Below are positions 21,840-33,105 of a DNA stretch of 50,037 nt, piece after piece (position 1 is the stretch's first letter; the number at the start of each line of letters is the position of its first letter). The stretch covers positions 1-50,037 of the forward strand of contig JALAGF010003466.1 of assembly GCA_030167865.1 (NCBI GenBank), given 5' to 3'. Source of the DNA: Craspedostauros australis. Taxonomy: Eukaryota. Both the position numbers and the translations under genes were made by a program. The notes under the pieces were generated by a model, which saw only the letters and a list, made by a program, of their open reading frames with translations, did not search any database and was not told the DNA's origin.

Positions 21840-24800
21840 ATGGGAGCGTCTATGTCCACTGATACTGCAAAGGAGATCAAGGATGTGCCACATGAGCAAC
21901 ATCCCCGCAGTATGAGTGGACGGAAACAATCCCCCGAAAAGCAGGAAGACACCTCTCGCTTTGCGATCTCCACCATCGAAACCGATGAGGAGCCTTCCGT
22001 GTCCTCCGAGGACGAGAGTGCCGAAGAGGATAACGATCTTGAGTATGATGCGGCAGACGAAGATGAGGAGGAAGGTGAGCAAAGATACAAACCGATGTCT
22101 GCTGGTGTACATTGTTTGGTGCCAGCGATCGAAAAGATCTTCCCATGAGATCCAAAAGTGGGCATCAACATTTAGCCCGGGCTGATGTGTGATGGAAAGA
22201 CTTATTGCATGGGCTCCGTCTGTGTTTGGGACGGCGACGGCCTCACATATATCATGCACGAATGCCATGGTATGAGTGCATGTGCTCGATACGATACTCT
22301 ACTGATGTTGGTGCTGGTGCTGCCCATGTTCTGATACAAACCAGACTGACAATCGGTTCACTTGCGACCCTCCTCCAATCCTCCGCTGCTCTCCAACCAC
22401 CCCATACCACCATCATCACCATTGCTATTGCCACGCTACTGCTCCACCAAAACAACTGCACAGACGAGGAATGGAACGAACGCCTCGCCGTCCTCCGCGA
22501 TGCCCGCCAACTCAAGCAATGGGCCGACTTCTATGCCCACCCAGAAGCCCCGGTCGAGGTCGATCCCTTGGCCAAGGCCCGCAACTACTTCAACCGCCCA
22601 TCTGCTCCTCGCTCCAACGTTGAGGAAGAGATGGAGCGCATCCGCATCTTGCAGGATGCGAAGCAGCTCAAGCAGTTTGCTGTGGACTACATGCATCCCG
22701 AACTCCCAGTCAAGGTTACCGATCCTCTTGCAGGGGCTCGCAACTACTTCGGCCGGGCGTCCGCCGAGCCACAAGAATCCAAGGAAGAGGCCGACGAACG
22801 CGCCAGGATCCTGGAAGACGCGGCTGCTCTCAAGAAGCTCGCTGTGGACTACATGCATCCAGAGCTCCCAGTCAAGACCACCGACCCACTCGCCTGTGGA
22901 CGCAACTACTTCGATCGTCCATCTGCTCCACAACAGGAGCTCGACGAAGAAGCCGAGGAGCGTGCCCAAGTCTTGGCAGACGCCGCCGCTCTCAAGCAGC
23001 TTGCTGTGGACTACATGCATCCAGAGCTCCCAGTCAAGACCTCCGATCCGTTTGCCTGTGGCCGCAACTACTTCAGTCGTCCAGCCGCTGATGAATTCGA
23101 GGACGAAGATGACATGGATGAGCGTGATGACATTGTCGCAGATGCCATGAAGCTCAAGGAGCTTGCCATCGACTACATGCATCCGGAGAAGCCAGTTGCT
23201 GTAGATCCGTTGGCATCATGCCGCAACTACTTCGATCGTGCATCTGCCGAACCACAAGAATCCAAGGAAGAGGCTGACGAACGTGCCAGGATCCTCGAAG
23301 ACGCAGCCGCCCTCAAGAAGCTCGCTGTGGACTACTTGCATCCAGAGCTCCCAGTCAAGACCACCGACCCACTTGCTTGCGGTCGCAACTACTTCGATCG
23401 TCCATCTGCACCACAACAGGAGCTCGACGAAGAGGCTGAAGAGCGTGCCAGAGTCCTCGAAGATGCCGCTGCTCTCAAGCAGCTGGCCGTGGACTACATG
23501 CATCCAGAGCTCCCGGTCAAGACCACCGATCCATTCGCCTGTGGACGCAACTACTTCAGTCGTCCAGCCGCTGATGAGTATGAAGATGAGGACGATATGG
23601 ATGAGCGTGATGACATTGTCGCAGACGCCATGAAGCTCAAGGAGCTTGCCATCGACTACATGCATCCAGAGAAGCCAGTTGTTGTGGATTCATTGGCATC
23701 ATGCCGCAACTACTTCGATCGTGCTTCCGCTGAACCGCAAGAGACTGCCGAGGAGGCGGAGGAACGCTCCAGGATCCTTGAAGACGCAGCCGCCCTCAAG
23801 AAGCTCGCTGTGGACTACATGCATCCAGAGCTCCCAGTCAAGACCACCGACCCACTTGCTTGCGGTCGCAACTACTTCGATCGTCCATCTGCTCCACAAC
23901 AGGAGCTCGACGAAGAAGCCGAGGAGCGTGCCCAAGTCCTGGCAGACGCCGCTGCTCTCAAGCAGCTTGCTGTGGACTACATGCACCCAGAGCTCCCGGT
24001 CAAGACCACCGATCCGTTCGCCTGTGGCCGCAACTACTTCAGCCGCCCTGCTGCCGACGAGTATGAAGATGAAGATGACATGGACGAACGTGATGATATC
24101 ATGGAGGACATGATGAAGCTCAAGGAGCTTGCCATCGACTACATGCATCCAGAGAAGCCGGTTGCTGTGGATCCGTTGGCATCTTGCCGCAACTACTTCG
24201 ATCGTGCTTCCGCCGAACTGCAAGAATCCAAGGAAGAGGCCGACGAACGCGCCAGGATCCTGGAAGACGCCGCCGCCCTCAAAAAGCTCGCTGTGGACTA
24301 CATGCATCCAGAGCTCCCAGTCAAGACCACCGACCCACTTGCTTGCGGACGCAACTACTTCGATCGTCCATCTGCTCCACAACAGGAGCTCGACGAAGAA
24401 GCCGAGGAGCGTGCTCGTGTCTTGGCAGACGCCGCTGCTCTCAAGCAGCTTGCTGTGGACTACATGCATCCAGAGTTCCCAGTCAAGACCACCGATCCAT
24501 TCGCCTGTGGCCGCAACTACTTCAGCCGCCCATCCGCCGATCACGAAGCAGAGACCGAAGAACGCGAGCTCATCCTGGCCGAAGCCGCCGCCCTCAAGCA
24601 GCTCGCAGAAGACTACCAGCATCCCGAACGTTCGGTCCAGACCACCGATCCATTCGCGTGCGGACGCAACTACTTCGATCGTCCATCTGCTCCTGGTCAT
24701 GAGGAGCACATCCATTCGCATGTCGCCATGGATCATGATGAGCACGTGTACCACGACCATCATGGATACCACTACTACGACGACGAGCATCATCACCACC

Positions 24801-25024
24801 ATCACCATCCGGACGACCTTTCGCATGGTCACAGCGATCACTTCGAGATGGAGGAGGACTTCTCCAAGGAGTTCGCTTCGTTCCGCCAGAGCTTGGTCGA
24901 GACCGAGCCGTTCAAGGGCGATCATCCCCAAGAGGAGATCGTCACGGAGAACGAACAGGAGGGCAAGCTATCCCGCTCTCCATCTTCCGTCATGCTCTTC
25001 GATGGCGGAGCCGAAGTCAACTAA
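21840..25024 (+). CDS. Tandem-repeat protein of unknown function (14 x ~54-aa DYMHPE/RNYF repeats, His-rich tail), join(21840..22074,22464..25024), 931 aa
   Basis: Donor G|GTGAG at 22075 and acceptor CACAG|AC at 22463 join the acidic exon 1 (MGASMS...DEDEEE) to DEEWNERL. Repeats are intact and in frame, with many synonymous differences between copies. Confidence 0.9.
22478..24706 (+). repeat. Coding tandem repeat: 159-162 bp units with a 483-bp higher-order period
   Basis: Equivalent unit starts at 22796, 23279, 23762 and 24245 (483-bp spacing = 54+54+53 aa). Confidence 0.95.
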
Positions 25025-25586
25025 AGGACCATGCCGAGCCCTATGTCTTTGGTCGGTTCCATCTTATCCAAAGACACAAACCCACCACAACAAATACATT
25101 CATCTTCACAAGTGGCTCCTCATCCATTCAGTTGCTTTGGCACAAAAAAAAAACAGCACACGAATACACATTACTTCTACTCTCCAATCCCCCACACCAA
25201 CAACCTCCAACGCAACTGTACATTACATTGCATCACGAAATGCAACAAGCATCACCCACATGGACACAATGGCCATTTGTCACCAATACCTAATTTTAAA
25301 TCCCAAATACATGCACAACAAGTACGTTCATTAGATTCATGCAGCGTCTGGCATGTTGGTGGCATTTCGCAGTTCTTCCAGTTGCGGATCTTTACATGTT
25401 TCCAATCGCTCCACTCCTCCACATGCTCTCTCAATCGACATGTCTCACAACAGCAACACCAAGAGCATGCAAACAGCTTCTGACAAATGATGTGACATTA
25501 AATGATGATCATATTGGTTGGTCGGATGGCCATTCGCTACTCTGGACTTTTCCGCCACGATCCCGCGCTCGCACCAACGAACGTGC

Positions 25587-27647
25587 TTACGACGAAATCC
25601 TCTCATAGTTTGAACTTCGGTGATAGTACAGGTACCCTTCCGTGTTGATCCCCTCCTCCTGACGTCGGTACCGCACATCCCGCCACTGCTCGGAATCATT
25701 CTCGACGAGACTGAGCCAGTCGCCGAGGTTGCAATCCTCATCGTCCGGGCTGTCGTAGCAGCATTGCGAGCAGCAGGGACAGCTGATCTCCTGCTGCGCG
25801 TCAATAGCCGCCTGACCTTCGCAAAAGGGACAGTTGAAGGCCTCGTTGCCGCAGTCGGCCGTCATGACGCTGATGGGACAATTGGCGTCCGTGGCTGGTC
25901 CGAGGGTGCCGTTGAGCATGTTGTTGTCGACCGTGAGGAGGGTGAGGCTTGGCATGTTGACAATCTCCGGGGGGACGTTGCCCGTGAGCTGGTTGCGGTT
26001 GATCTGGAGGTACTTGAGTTCCGGCAGGGTGGAGAGGACGGTGGGGATCTCCTTGCTGAAACGGTTGAAATCGAGGTCGAGGAGGATCAGCTTGTCCATG
26101 TCGGCAAAGTAGGAGGGGATGGTGCCAGTGATTCCGAGCGACTGCAGGCTGAGGTACTTGAGCTCCGTGAGGCTGGCGAGCCAGTCCGGGGCGGGGTAGG
26201 AGTCTCCGAATCCCATCTTGGAGAGCATCAAGGCTCTAAGCTCGACGAGGCTCTGCAAGGTCGTTGGGATCTTGCTGTCGAGCGAGTTGTGGGAGACGTC
26301 GAGGTGGGTGAGATGAGAGCTGAGGAAGTGCAAGGATCGTGGAAGCTCGCCGCGCAGGACGTTGGACTTGACGTCGATGTACTCCAAGACTCCGTCGTAG
26401 TTCCGGGTGGCCTCATTGTTCCATTCCTCGGTCGAACCGATGGTGTTGTGGTGAACGTCGAGATGCTTGAGGGCTTTGAGTTCGGTGAACCAGGCGTTGG
26501 GGAGCGGTCCGGCGAGCTCATTGTTGTGCAAGGAAAGCACCTCGAGATTTTTGAGCTTGTCGAAGGTGCTGTGGTTGATGTTGTCCTCGAGGAAGTTGTT
26601 GCCGAGGTATATCTCCTCGAGGAGCCTGAGGTCCTCGATGGCGGACAGACCGCCCAGGAGGGAGTTGTGATCCATGGCGAGAACCTCCAGGACCCTGCAC
26701 TTGTTGATCTCCGGAGGGATCACGCCCTTGATGTTGTTGTTGGAGAGGGAGAGGACCCTGAGGTTGGTGAGCCCGCCGATGGTGGATGGCAGGGTGCCGG
26801 CCACGAAGTTGTACGCCATGGATAGATGCGAGAGCTCGGCGAAGATGGGCAGCTCGTTCTCCAGGCTGAGCTTGTTGACATCGAGCTCGATCTTCTCCAT
26901 GTACTTCATGGCCTCCAGCTCCGGCACGGGGAGGTACCCGAAGAGGCCCATCGACGGGAACCGGACCTGTATCATGCGCTTGCCGTCGTCGCAGATGAAG
27001 CCTAGCCGCTGGGGTTCCCGGGGTCTGTCCTTGCCATCGGGCATGAATCGGTCCTTGTACTTGGCGTTCCAGGTGCATTCTGACGAGTCCGGATCGAGGA
27101 GGTTGAGCTCGACGACCACGGACTGCGGCATGGTGGAGAAGATGAAGGCGGCCACGGCGTAGCGCTGCACGAAGGGGTCGTAGGCGTGGTTGGTGGGGTC
27201 GGAATCGGCTTTCGGCTTGGGCGTCTGGATGTTGTCCTTTCCCAGGATCCACTCTAGGGCCTTGGACTGCGGAGAGACGGGGTTCTGGAAGACGGCCTCG
27301 CTGCCGCCGTAGACGTTCTTGATGAGGAACAGGGCCTCTCCCAGGCCGGTGAGCTTGTTAGTGTTGGCGTTGCCAGTGGAGCTGGACGACTTGGACGAGG
27401 AGTCCTTGCGTCCCAAGGTGGCGATGAGGATGATGGCGATGATGACGGCGACCGTTCCGATGGCCGCCAGGAGGATGTTGCGCTTGCCCCTGGTGCCGCC
27501 GCCGTTGATCGCCTGCTCCGTCTTCATGTCCTCCACGTCCGGCAGCTGGTTGCCGTCGTTGCTCATGCTTGGCGCCAACGAGATGTCCTGGATCTCCTCC
27601 AGCCCCACGTCGGCCATGATGTTCGTCTCTGTGTCTGGCGTTTGCAT
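25587..27647 (-). CDS. Leucine-rich-repeat type II membrane protein (diatom receptor-like LRR type)
   Basis: KR followed by a TM helix (ILLAAIGTVAVIIAIILIATL), SPQSKALEW, QRYAVAAF, SECTW cap, many LxxLxLxxNxLxGxIP repeats, and C-terminal ADC...CPCCSQCC. Confidence 0.92.
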   Translation of the reverse strand: MQTPDTETNIMADVGLEEIQDISLAPSMSNDGNQLPDVEDMKTEQAINGGGTRGKRNILLAAIGTVAVIIAIILIATLGRKDSSSKSSSSTGNANTNKLTGLGEALFLIKNVYGGSEAVFQNPVSPQSKALEWILGKDNIQTPKPKADSDPTNHAYDPFVQRYAVAAFIFSTMPQSVVVELNLLDPDSSECTWNAKYKDRFMPDGKDRPREPQRLGFICDDGKRMIQVRFPSMGLFGYLPVPELEAMKYMEKIELDVNKLSLENELPIFAELSHLSMAYNFVAGTLPSTIGGLTNLRVLSLSNNNIKGVIPPEINKCRVLEVLAMDHNSLLGGLSAIEDLRLLEEIYLGNNFLEDNINHSTFDKLKNLEVLSLHNNELAGPLPNAWFTELKALKHLDVHHNTIGSTEEWNNEATRNYDGVLEYIDVKSNVLRGELPRSLHFLSSHLTHLDVSHNSLDSKIPTTLQSLVELRALMLSKMGFGDSYPAPDWLASLTELKYLSLQSLGITGTIPSYFADMDKLILLDLDFNRFSKEIPTVLSTLPELKYLQINRNQLTGNVPPEIVNMPSLTLLTVDNNMLNGTLGPATDANCPISVMTADCGNEAFNCPFCEGQAAIDAQQEISCPCCSQCCYDSPDDEDCNLGDWLSLVENDSEQWRDVRYRRQEEGINTEGYLYYHRSSNYERISS

Positions 27648-29023
27648 TGTTCCTCTACTCTACTCTTCTACACTCGGCTAATATTTCTGTTCCTGCCGTT
27701 CCTGCTGTTCCTGTTATGATGACTATCAATGTGGTTGCGAGTATGGACACGATCACGGCTGTGAGTATGGAAGTGTCTGGGTTTATGGGATGAATGCTGC
27801 TGCAGTTGGCGCGAATTTGTCTCTCCTTTGCCTTTCCTCTTTGCGTTTGTGTGTCGCAGTTTCAGATTCTTTTGATTTTCGGAGTTGCACAGCTCAACAC
27901 GGTGTGACGCAACGCAGCGCAACAAATGCATCCGCCAAAGTCGACCAAAGTCAATCGTGTTGCGTTCGTGCATTCCAATCAGCGGGATTTTTTTGTCCAC
28001 GTTCCGTCATTTGCGCGGAACACGTTCCCAACAAATTGGACCACATCAACTGCGACTCGCTGCGCAAGTGGGAAAGGTTGATTCCTCTCCGCAAGAGAAG
28101 CGACGCGCTGGTCGTCATCAAAATTGGAGTGTCTCCGAGCGGTTTCGATTGCCCCTTTCCCATCAAATTTGGTTACGATGTCATTCGACGACAGATCGAG
28201 GTGTAAGAAGCGTGGACGAAGCATAGGAGGAGAGTGCGTGGACCATGAAATATAGTATAATTGGTCAGCATCATCTTGCACAACTTTGATGATGGATGCG
28301 GATAGGGCAAGATGCCTAAAACAGAGCAACTACTCCAACTTCTCTTCTGATAGCAGGATCGCAGACCCCAACTTCACGCTCTCCCAGCAATGACGACGAC
28401 AGAGATTGATCACGATCGTCACACTTTCCTTCTTCTTGAATGTGAAGTCCGTGACAGATGTGCGCAATGTCGCCCTTTCCCACCATGGGAAACGGACAGC
28501 CACCTGCCAATGCCAAATTCGTCAGGTGTTGTTGCCACCGAGGTGCGCAGAGAGCCACCATGTGATACACATACAAATGATGAACAAATTGTCAACGAAC
28601 ATATTTCTGGTCACGTCTCATTCATGGATAGATCGACTCAATGGAGTACTTCACTGGTTTTGTTGACTAAATGGACCTAACGCGGTTCACGCGGGATGGG
28701 CAATCCTGCATACAGAAAATCCGAACCCGTGCAAAGCGAAGATCATCACACAAACCAACCGGCGAAAAGCACATCACAAGAAGATCGCCTCATCCCTGGT
28801 TCCAGTTCACCACGTGTTGCGCTCAGGGTCTCCACATGATTTGACAGTAGCCGCCTCCACAACGGCAACATCGCAACAACATCACAACAAGCAACACTGC
28901 AACAACACTTCATAAAATCAGAAGAAACGAACATCAACAGACCAACATCAACAAGCAAGTAAACCGTATCAAACCGAAGCATTCATCTCTCATCATCATC
29001 GCCACAGTAACAATAACGACACT

Positions 29024-30103
29024 ATGAGCAGTATCAACATGACGAGCGCAACACCAATGAAACGCACACTCTGGGGACAGGAACTGACGGATCTGCAGCT
29101 CGATCCCGAGACCTTCCCGACCGACGCCGAGATCAAAGAGATCGATGACATCTGCGGCGGCGACCTGCACGGATGGTACAAGAGCGAGGCCACGGGAAAG
29201 ATGATGCACTACCGCAAGTTCCTGCCCGACACGGACAAACCGCGTGGCATCCTCGTCTGCCTGCATGGCGTGCACGGCAATTCGGGACAGGCCTTTCGCT
29301 TGAAGGAGGAGGACGGCACCGAGCGATGCACGAGCATCGGCATCATCAGCCGCAAGCTGTGCAAGGCCGGGTTCGTCGTCTACGCGCCCGATTTCATGGG
29401 ACACGGATTCTCGGAAGGCGAACGATTTTACATTCCCAAGTGGGAGTACCATCGCGACGACACGATGCAGATGTGCCGTCTGGCTGTCGACGAGCACGAC
29501 GGCGTGCCCTTCTTCCTCATGGGCCAATCGTACGGCGGCGCGTTGACGTTGCACGCCATGCGCAGTTGGCAGGATCATCCCGAGACGCTTCCAAAGGGGT
29601 TCAAGGGCTTCATCGCCGTGTGTCCCGCCATCGAAGGCAAGCTTCCGCCACTGCCCGTCGTGTGGACCTTGCGGTACGGACTGGCGCCCATATTTCCCAC
29701 GTGGATCCCGTCCTTCATGCCGCATCCCGTCAGCCCCGATCGCATTTGGACCGACAAGAGAGTTAGCGAGATGGCGACATCGGAACGCATGACATCGATG
29801 GGTCTCTCGGCCGGCGGCAGACCGTACTGTTTGGGCACCGCCGTGGCGTTGCTGACGACGCTGGAAGAGGTCCGCAGCAAGGCCATTCCGGGTTTGAACT
29901 TTCCATTCTGCGCGGTGCACGGCACCGACGATGTGGCCGTGCCCATCAGCGGTTCCGAATATCTCCTGAAGCATTGCGCGACGCCCGAGAAGGATCGCAA
30001 GCTGCTGCGAATCGAAGGTGCCAAGCATGACATCTTTTCAGAACCCAATGCCGAAGAAATCATGGATCAGGTCGTCGATTGGATCGAGAGCCGCATGAAG
30101 TGA
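29024..30103 (+). CDS. Alpha/beta hydrolase (monoacylglycerol lipase / lysophospholipase-like, Hydrolase_4)
   Basis: CLHG oxyanion loop, DFMGHGFSEGER, nucleophile elbow GQSYG, HGTDD acid, GAKHD catalytic His. Confidence 0.92.
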   Translation: MSSINMTSATPMKRTLWGQELTDLQLDPETFPTDAEIKEIDDICGGDLHGWYKSEATGKMMHYRKFLPDTDKPRGILVCLHGVHGNSGQAFRLKEEDGTERCTSIGIISRKLCKAGFVVYAPDFMGHGFSEGERFYIPKWEYHRDDTMQMCRLAVDEHDGVPFFLMGQSYGGALTLHAMRSWQDHPETLPKGFKGFIAVCPAIEGKLPPLPVVWTLRYGLAPIFPTWIPSFMPHPVSPDRIWTDKRVSEMATSERMTSMGLSAGGRPYCLGTAVALLTTLEEVRSKAIPGLNFPFCAVHGTDDVAVPISGSEYLLKHCATPEKDRKLLRIEGAKHDIFSEPNAEEIMDQVVDWIESRMK

Positions 30104-30583
30104 TTCGGTGTTGGGCGGGTTCATGGGATGGATGGATGGATGAAGCAGCGAGTGAACGAACGAAGGAGTGATAGAGTTCTCTGTCAACATTGAGTAGTAT
30201 TCGTAATGATACATGCGCGCACACATACTACGAGCATTGCCAGTCATGGGTATGCACAGCAATAGAAGCTCCGTGATTGCTCTAGCTCGTATGGCACTTG
30301 TGAACATAGCTTTGATGCTGCTACTGTGCTTGGTCACCTTCGTTTCAGTAGGTCGCATGAGTTGTTGGCAACAGTTACGACGTCGTTGCTCAAATCATGA
30401 GTGTAGATATATTAAGGACTAAGCAAGTGCCATAGTGCATCTCGTCTAATCTAGATACCTTCGCCATTCAACAGCGTTCTTCGCAACACACAACAGCTCC
30501 TTCGCCTTTCTTGGCGCCCCATTCATCTGTGACGGCCATGTTCATAATCTCACAGAACCGTCTTTGATCGCATGTCATCCATC

Positions 30584-30630
30584 CATCGATTGACTCATCC
30601 ATTGACTCATCCATTGACTCATCCATTGAT
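30584..30630. repeat. 12-bp tandem repeat (CCATTGACTCAT) about 3.5 copies, upstream of the TMTC-like gene
   Basis: cgattgactcatccattgactcatccattgactcatccattgat. Confidence 0.85.
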
Positions 30631-30735
30631 TGATTGAGGGCACCTTCGATGAATACGAACAGAGAGATCGATTGCGATCGATTGCGATAATAGTGTTGGC
30701 AGCAGCAGCAACAGCAACACAAGTGGAAGCAGAAA

Positions 30736-32778
30736 ATGAAGCAAGAAGAAGATAACGCACCGGTCGGTCCGGAACCAACCGACGATGGCGCTGCTTCTGT
30801 GGATCCGCAGCAGCAGCAGCAGAAACAGCAGCAGCCGCAGCAGCCAGTGCAAACACCGACGGCACAACCAGAAGACTCCAATGAACCATGGTTCACCCAG
30901 ATTGCCAACAGCGAGATGGCCCGTTTGGCCGTGCATGCGCTGGTACACCTGCTGTGCTTGGCACTGTACGTCATTCCTGTGGTCTTCGAGGATCATCCCT
31001 ACGGTGGACCCACGCTGGACGAGCTGCACATCATGAGCGCGGACAATCGCGACATCCATGGCTTCTACGAGCTCGACGGCGGCACAGCAACCTCAACGAA
31101 GGACAGCCTCCAAACGGAATGGAACACGCTGCGGCAGATCTTCCAAAACGACTACTGGGGGCGCCCCATGGCATCGGAATCGTCGCACCGCTCATGGCGC
31201 CCGCTCACCGTCCTCACATTCCGGTACCTGCAAGGCTGCTTCACCAACTTCGAATTGACGACGCATCGTTGCGTCAACATCCTCACGCACGCGGCGGCGG
31301 CGCACATGGTGGGCTTGTTGGCCGCCCATTTGACGGCACGACCGCAACAGCGCTTCTGGATCACCATCTGGACCAAGATCGTCTTCATCCTGCACCCCAC
31401 GCACGTCGAGGTCACGGCCAACGCCGCCAATCGCAATCATATTCTGGCCGTGCTGTGCAGCGTCGTCCTTGCCGTCGCGTGTCGGTCCCATACGACTTTG
31501 TCGTTGTCATGGTATTGCGCCGTTCTCGTCATGGGGTACCTGTGCAGCGAGACGTTTCTGTTCCAGATTCCTGCCGTCATGGCCACGATCGTCGTGTGTC
31601 ACTATTATCAGCAGCAGATGGGTCGGTCATGCAAGGAGAATGTGGATGTTGCGAAGAATCGTGACGGACTCTTTGCCACGATCTACGATTTGAGCATCGC
31701 GTTGGTCCACGTCTTGCCTCGCATCGTCGTCCTCGCCCTTTCCATGGCAGTCTACGTCGGTGGTCGATGGTTTTTGGATACGTTATCGATTCCCGAAGGC
31801 TTGATCCGACCTGCGGAGAATCCATACTTCACCTTCGAAGGAGAACACCGCGTGCGCAACTACGCCTACGTCGTCCTCATCCATCTCGGCAAGGCCTGGG
31901 GATGGGATCCCATCGGTTTCTCCCACGAATACGGATTCGATTGCATCCCCGCCGTGCAGGATTGGTCCGATCAGCGCTTCCGATCGTTTCACACCATCTG
32001 CATGCTCGCCATTTTGGTATTGTCGCTCGTGCTGGCATTTGCATACCCGCGCAAGCTCTTGGCCTTGGTCGCGCTGCATTGGGCATGGATGACGACCTTG
32101 CTGCCCATCTCCGGCATCCTCAAGGTCGGAACGTTCGTATCGGACCGCATGGCCGTGCCGTTCAGCGTCATCACGAGCATCTGGATTGGCAACGCCTTGG
32201 CCTTTTGGATGACGCGCGCGTACCGCCATCTACCCGCCAAACCCTTGCAGCTCGTCGTCGTGGCGTGGTTGTTGCTGCAATCGACGATGAAAATCCACAC
32301 GCGCACGTTGCAATGGATGGACTCCGTCTCGTTGTTGCAATCCTCCATCGCCACGTGTCCGCGCTTCGCCAAGGCCCACATGGAACTGTCCAAGATCCAT
32401 TCGGGTCTCATCGCCGATCTTTACAACCTCAACACGGCGCAGCAGCATCTCGAATTGGCGCACGCCATCGATCCCGATACGCTGTGCGACGTGCATCAAC
32501 AGTATGCTCACATCGCCATCCAGCGCAACGACTTTGAGCGGTATGAAAACGAGCTCGTCGAAGCCATGCTGTGTCCCTTCTCGATGGGCGGCGCCATGGA
32601 TATGTGGAACAAGTACTGGAGTTTGTTGACGAGTTCCGCCGCCAATGAAGAGCAGCGGCTGGATGCGGAGGAGCGGCAGCAGCAGTACATTCAGATCATT
32701 CAAACAAGGGCGCGGGCGCAGCAAGAGAAGTTGGATCGGGCGGAGAAGGCGAAGGACAAGCGGTCGCCGTTTGTGTGA
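30736..32778 (+). CDS. TMTC-like (DUF1736) GT-C protein O-mannosyltransferase with a short TPR-like tail
   Basis: TLDE acidic motif after TM1, IFQNDYWG, SHRSWRPLTVLTFR, LHPTHVEVTAN, AENPY, KVGTFVSDR, CPRFAKAH; multiple TM helices. Confidence 0.85.
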   Translation: MKQEEDNAPVGPEPTDDGAASVDPQQQQQKQQQPQQPVQTPTAQPEDSNEPWFTQIANSEMARLAVHALVHLLCLALYVIPVVFEDHPYGGPTLDELHIMSADNRDIHGFYELDGGTATSTKDSLQTEWNTLRQIFQNDYWGRPMASESSHRSWRPLTVLTFRYLQGCFTNFELTTHRCVNILTHAAAAHMVGLLAAHLTARPQQRFWITIWTKIVFILHPTHVEVTANAANRNHILAVLCSVVLAVACRSHTTLSLSWYCAVLVMGYLCSETFLFQIPAVMATIVVCHYYQQQMGRSCKENVDVAKNRDGLFATIYDLSIALVHVLPRIVVLALSMAVYVGGRWFLDTLSIPEGLIRPAENPYFTFEGEHRVRNYAYVVLIHLGKAWGWDPIGFSHEYGFDCIPAVQDWSDQRFRSFHTICMLAILVLSLVLAFAYPRKLLALVALHWAWMTTLLPISGILKVGTFVSDRMAVPFSVITSIWIGNALAFWMTRAYRHLPAKPLQLVVVAWLLLQSTMKIHTRTLQWMDSVSLLQSSIATCPRFAKAHMELSKIHSGLIADLYNLNTAQQHLELAHAIDPDTLCDVHQQYAHIAIQRNDFERYENELVEAMLCPFSMGGAMDMWNKYWSLLTSSAANEEQRLDAEERQQQYIQIIQTRARAQQEKLDRAEKAKDKRSPFV

Positions 32779-33105
32779 GGGTAGCATTGCGAATGGGCAG
32801 GGAATGTCGAAGGCGTGTACGTGTGGTGGTAGCAATAACCTACAACGTCCACAACGTGCTCGTATGCACAAATACGAATAGTATCATGTTAGTATGTAGT
32901 GCTTGTATTCAATTTATGCTATCATTGATTGTAGCGTTGCTATCTCTGTTGCTGTTCAGACTGTTCAGAGTGTGGTTGTTGTTGTTGTTGTTGTTGTTAC
33001 CGTTGTCGCTGTTGTTGTTCAATGAATCGTACTCTCGCATCGTGCACTTCCTTCGCACTTCTGCCAGAAGAAACCACGCCGAGGCGGGACAAGCAACAAT
33101 CCCTT

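Noticed and set aside
22478-24706. Repeat array as CRISPR or satellite DNA
   Set aside because: No unique spacers; units are whole codons within one ORF, with synonymous variation.
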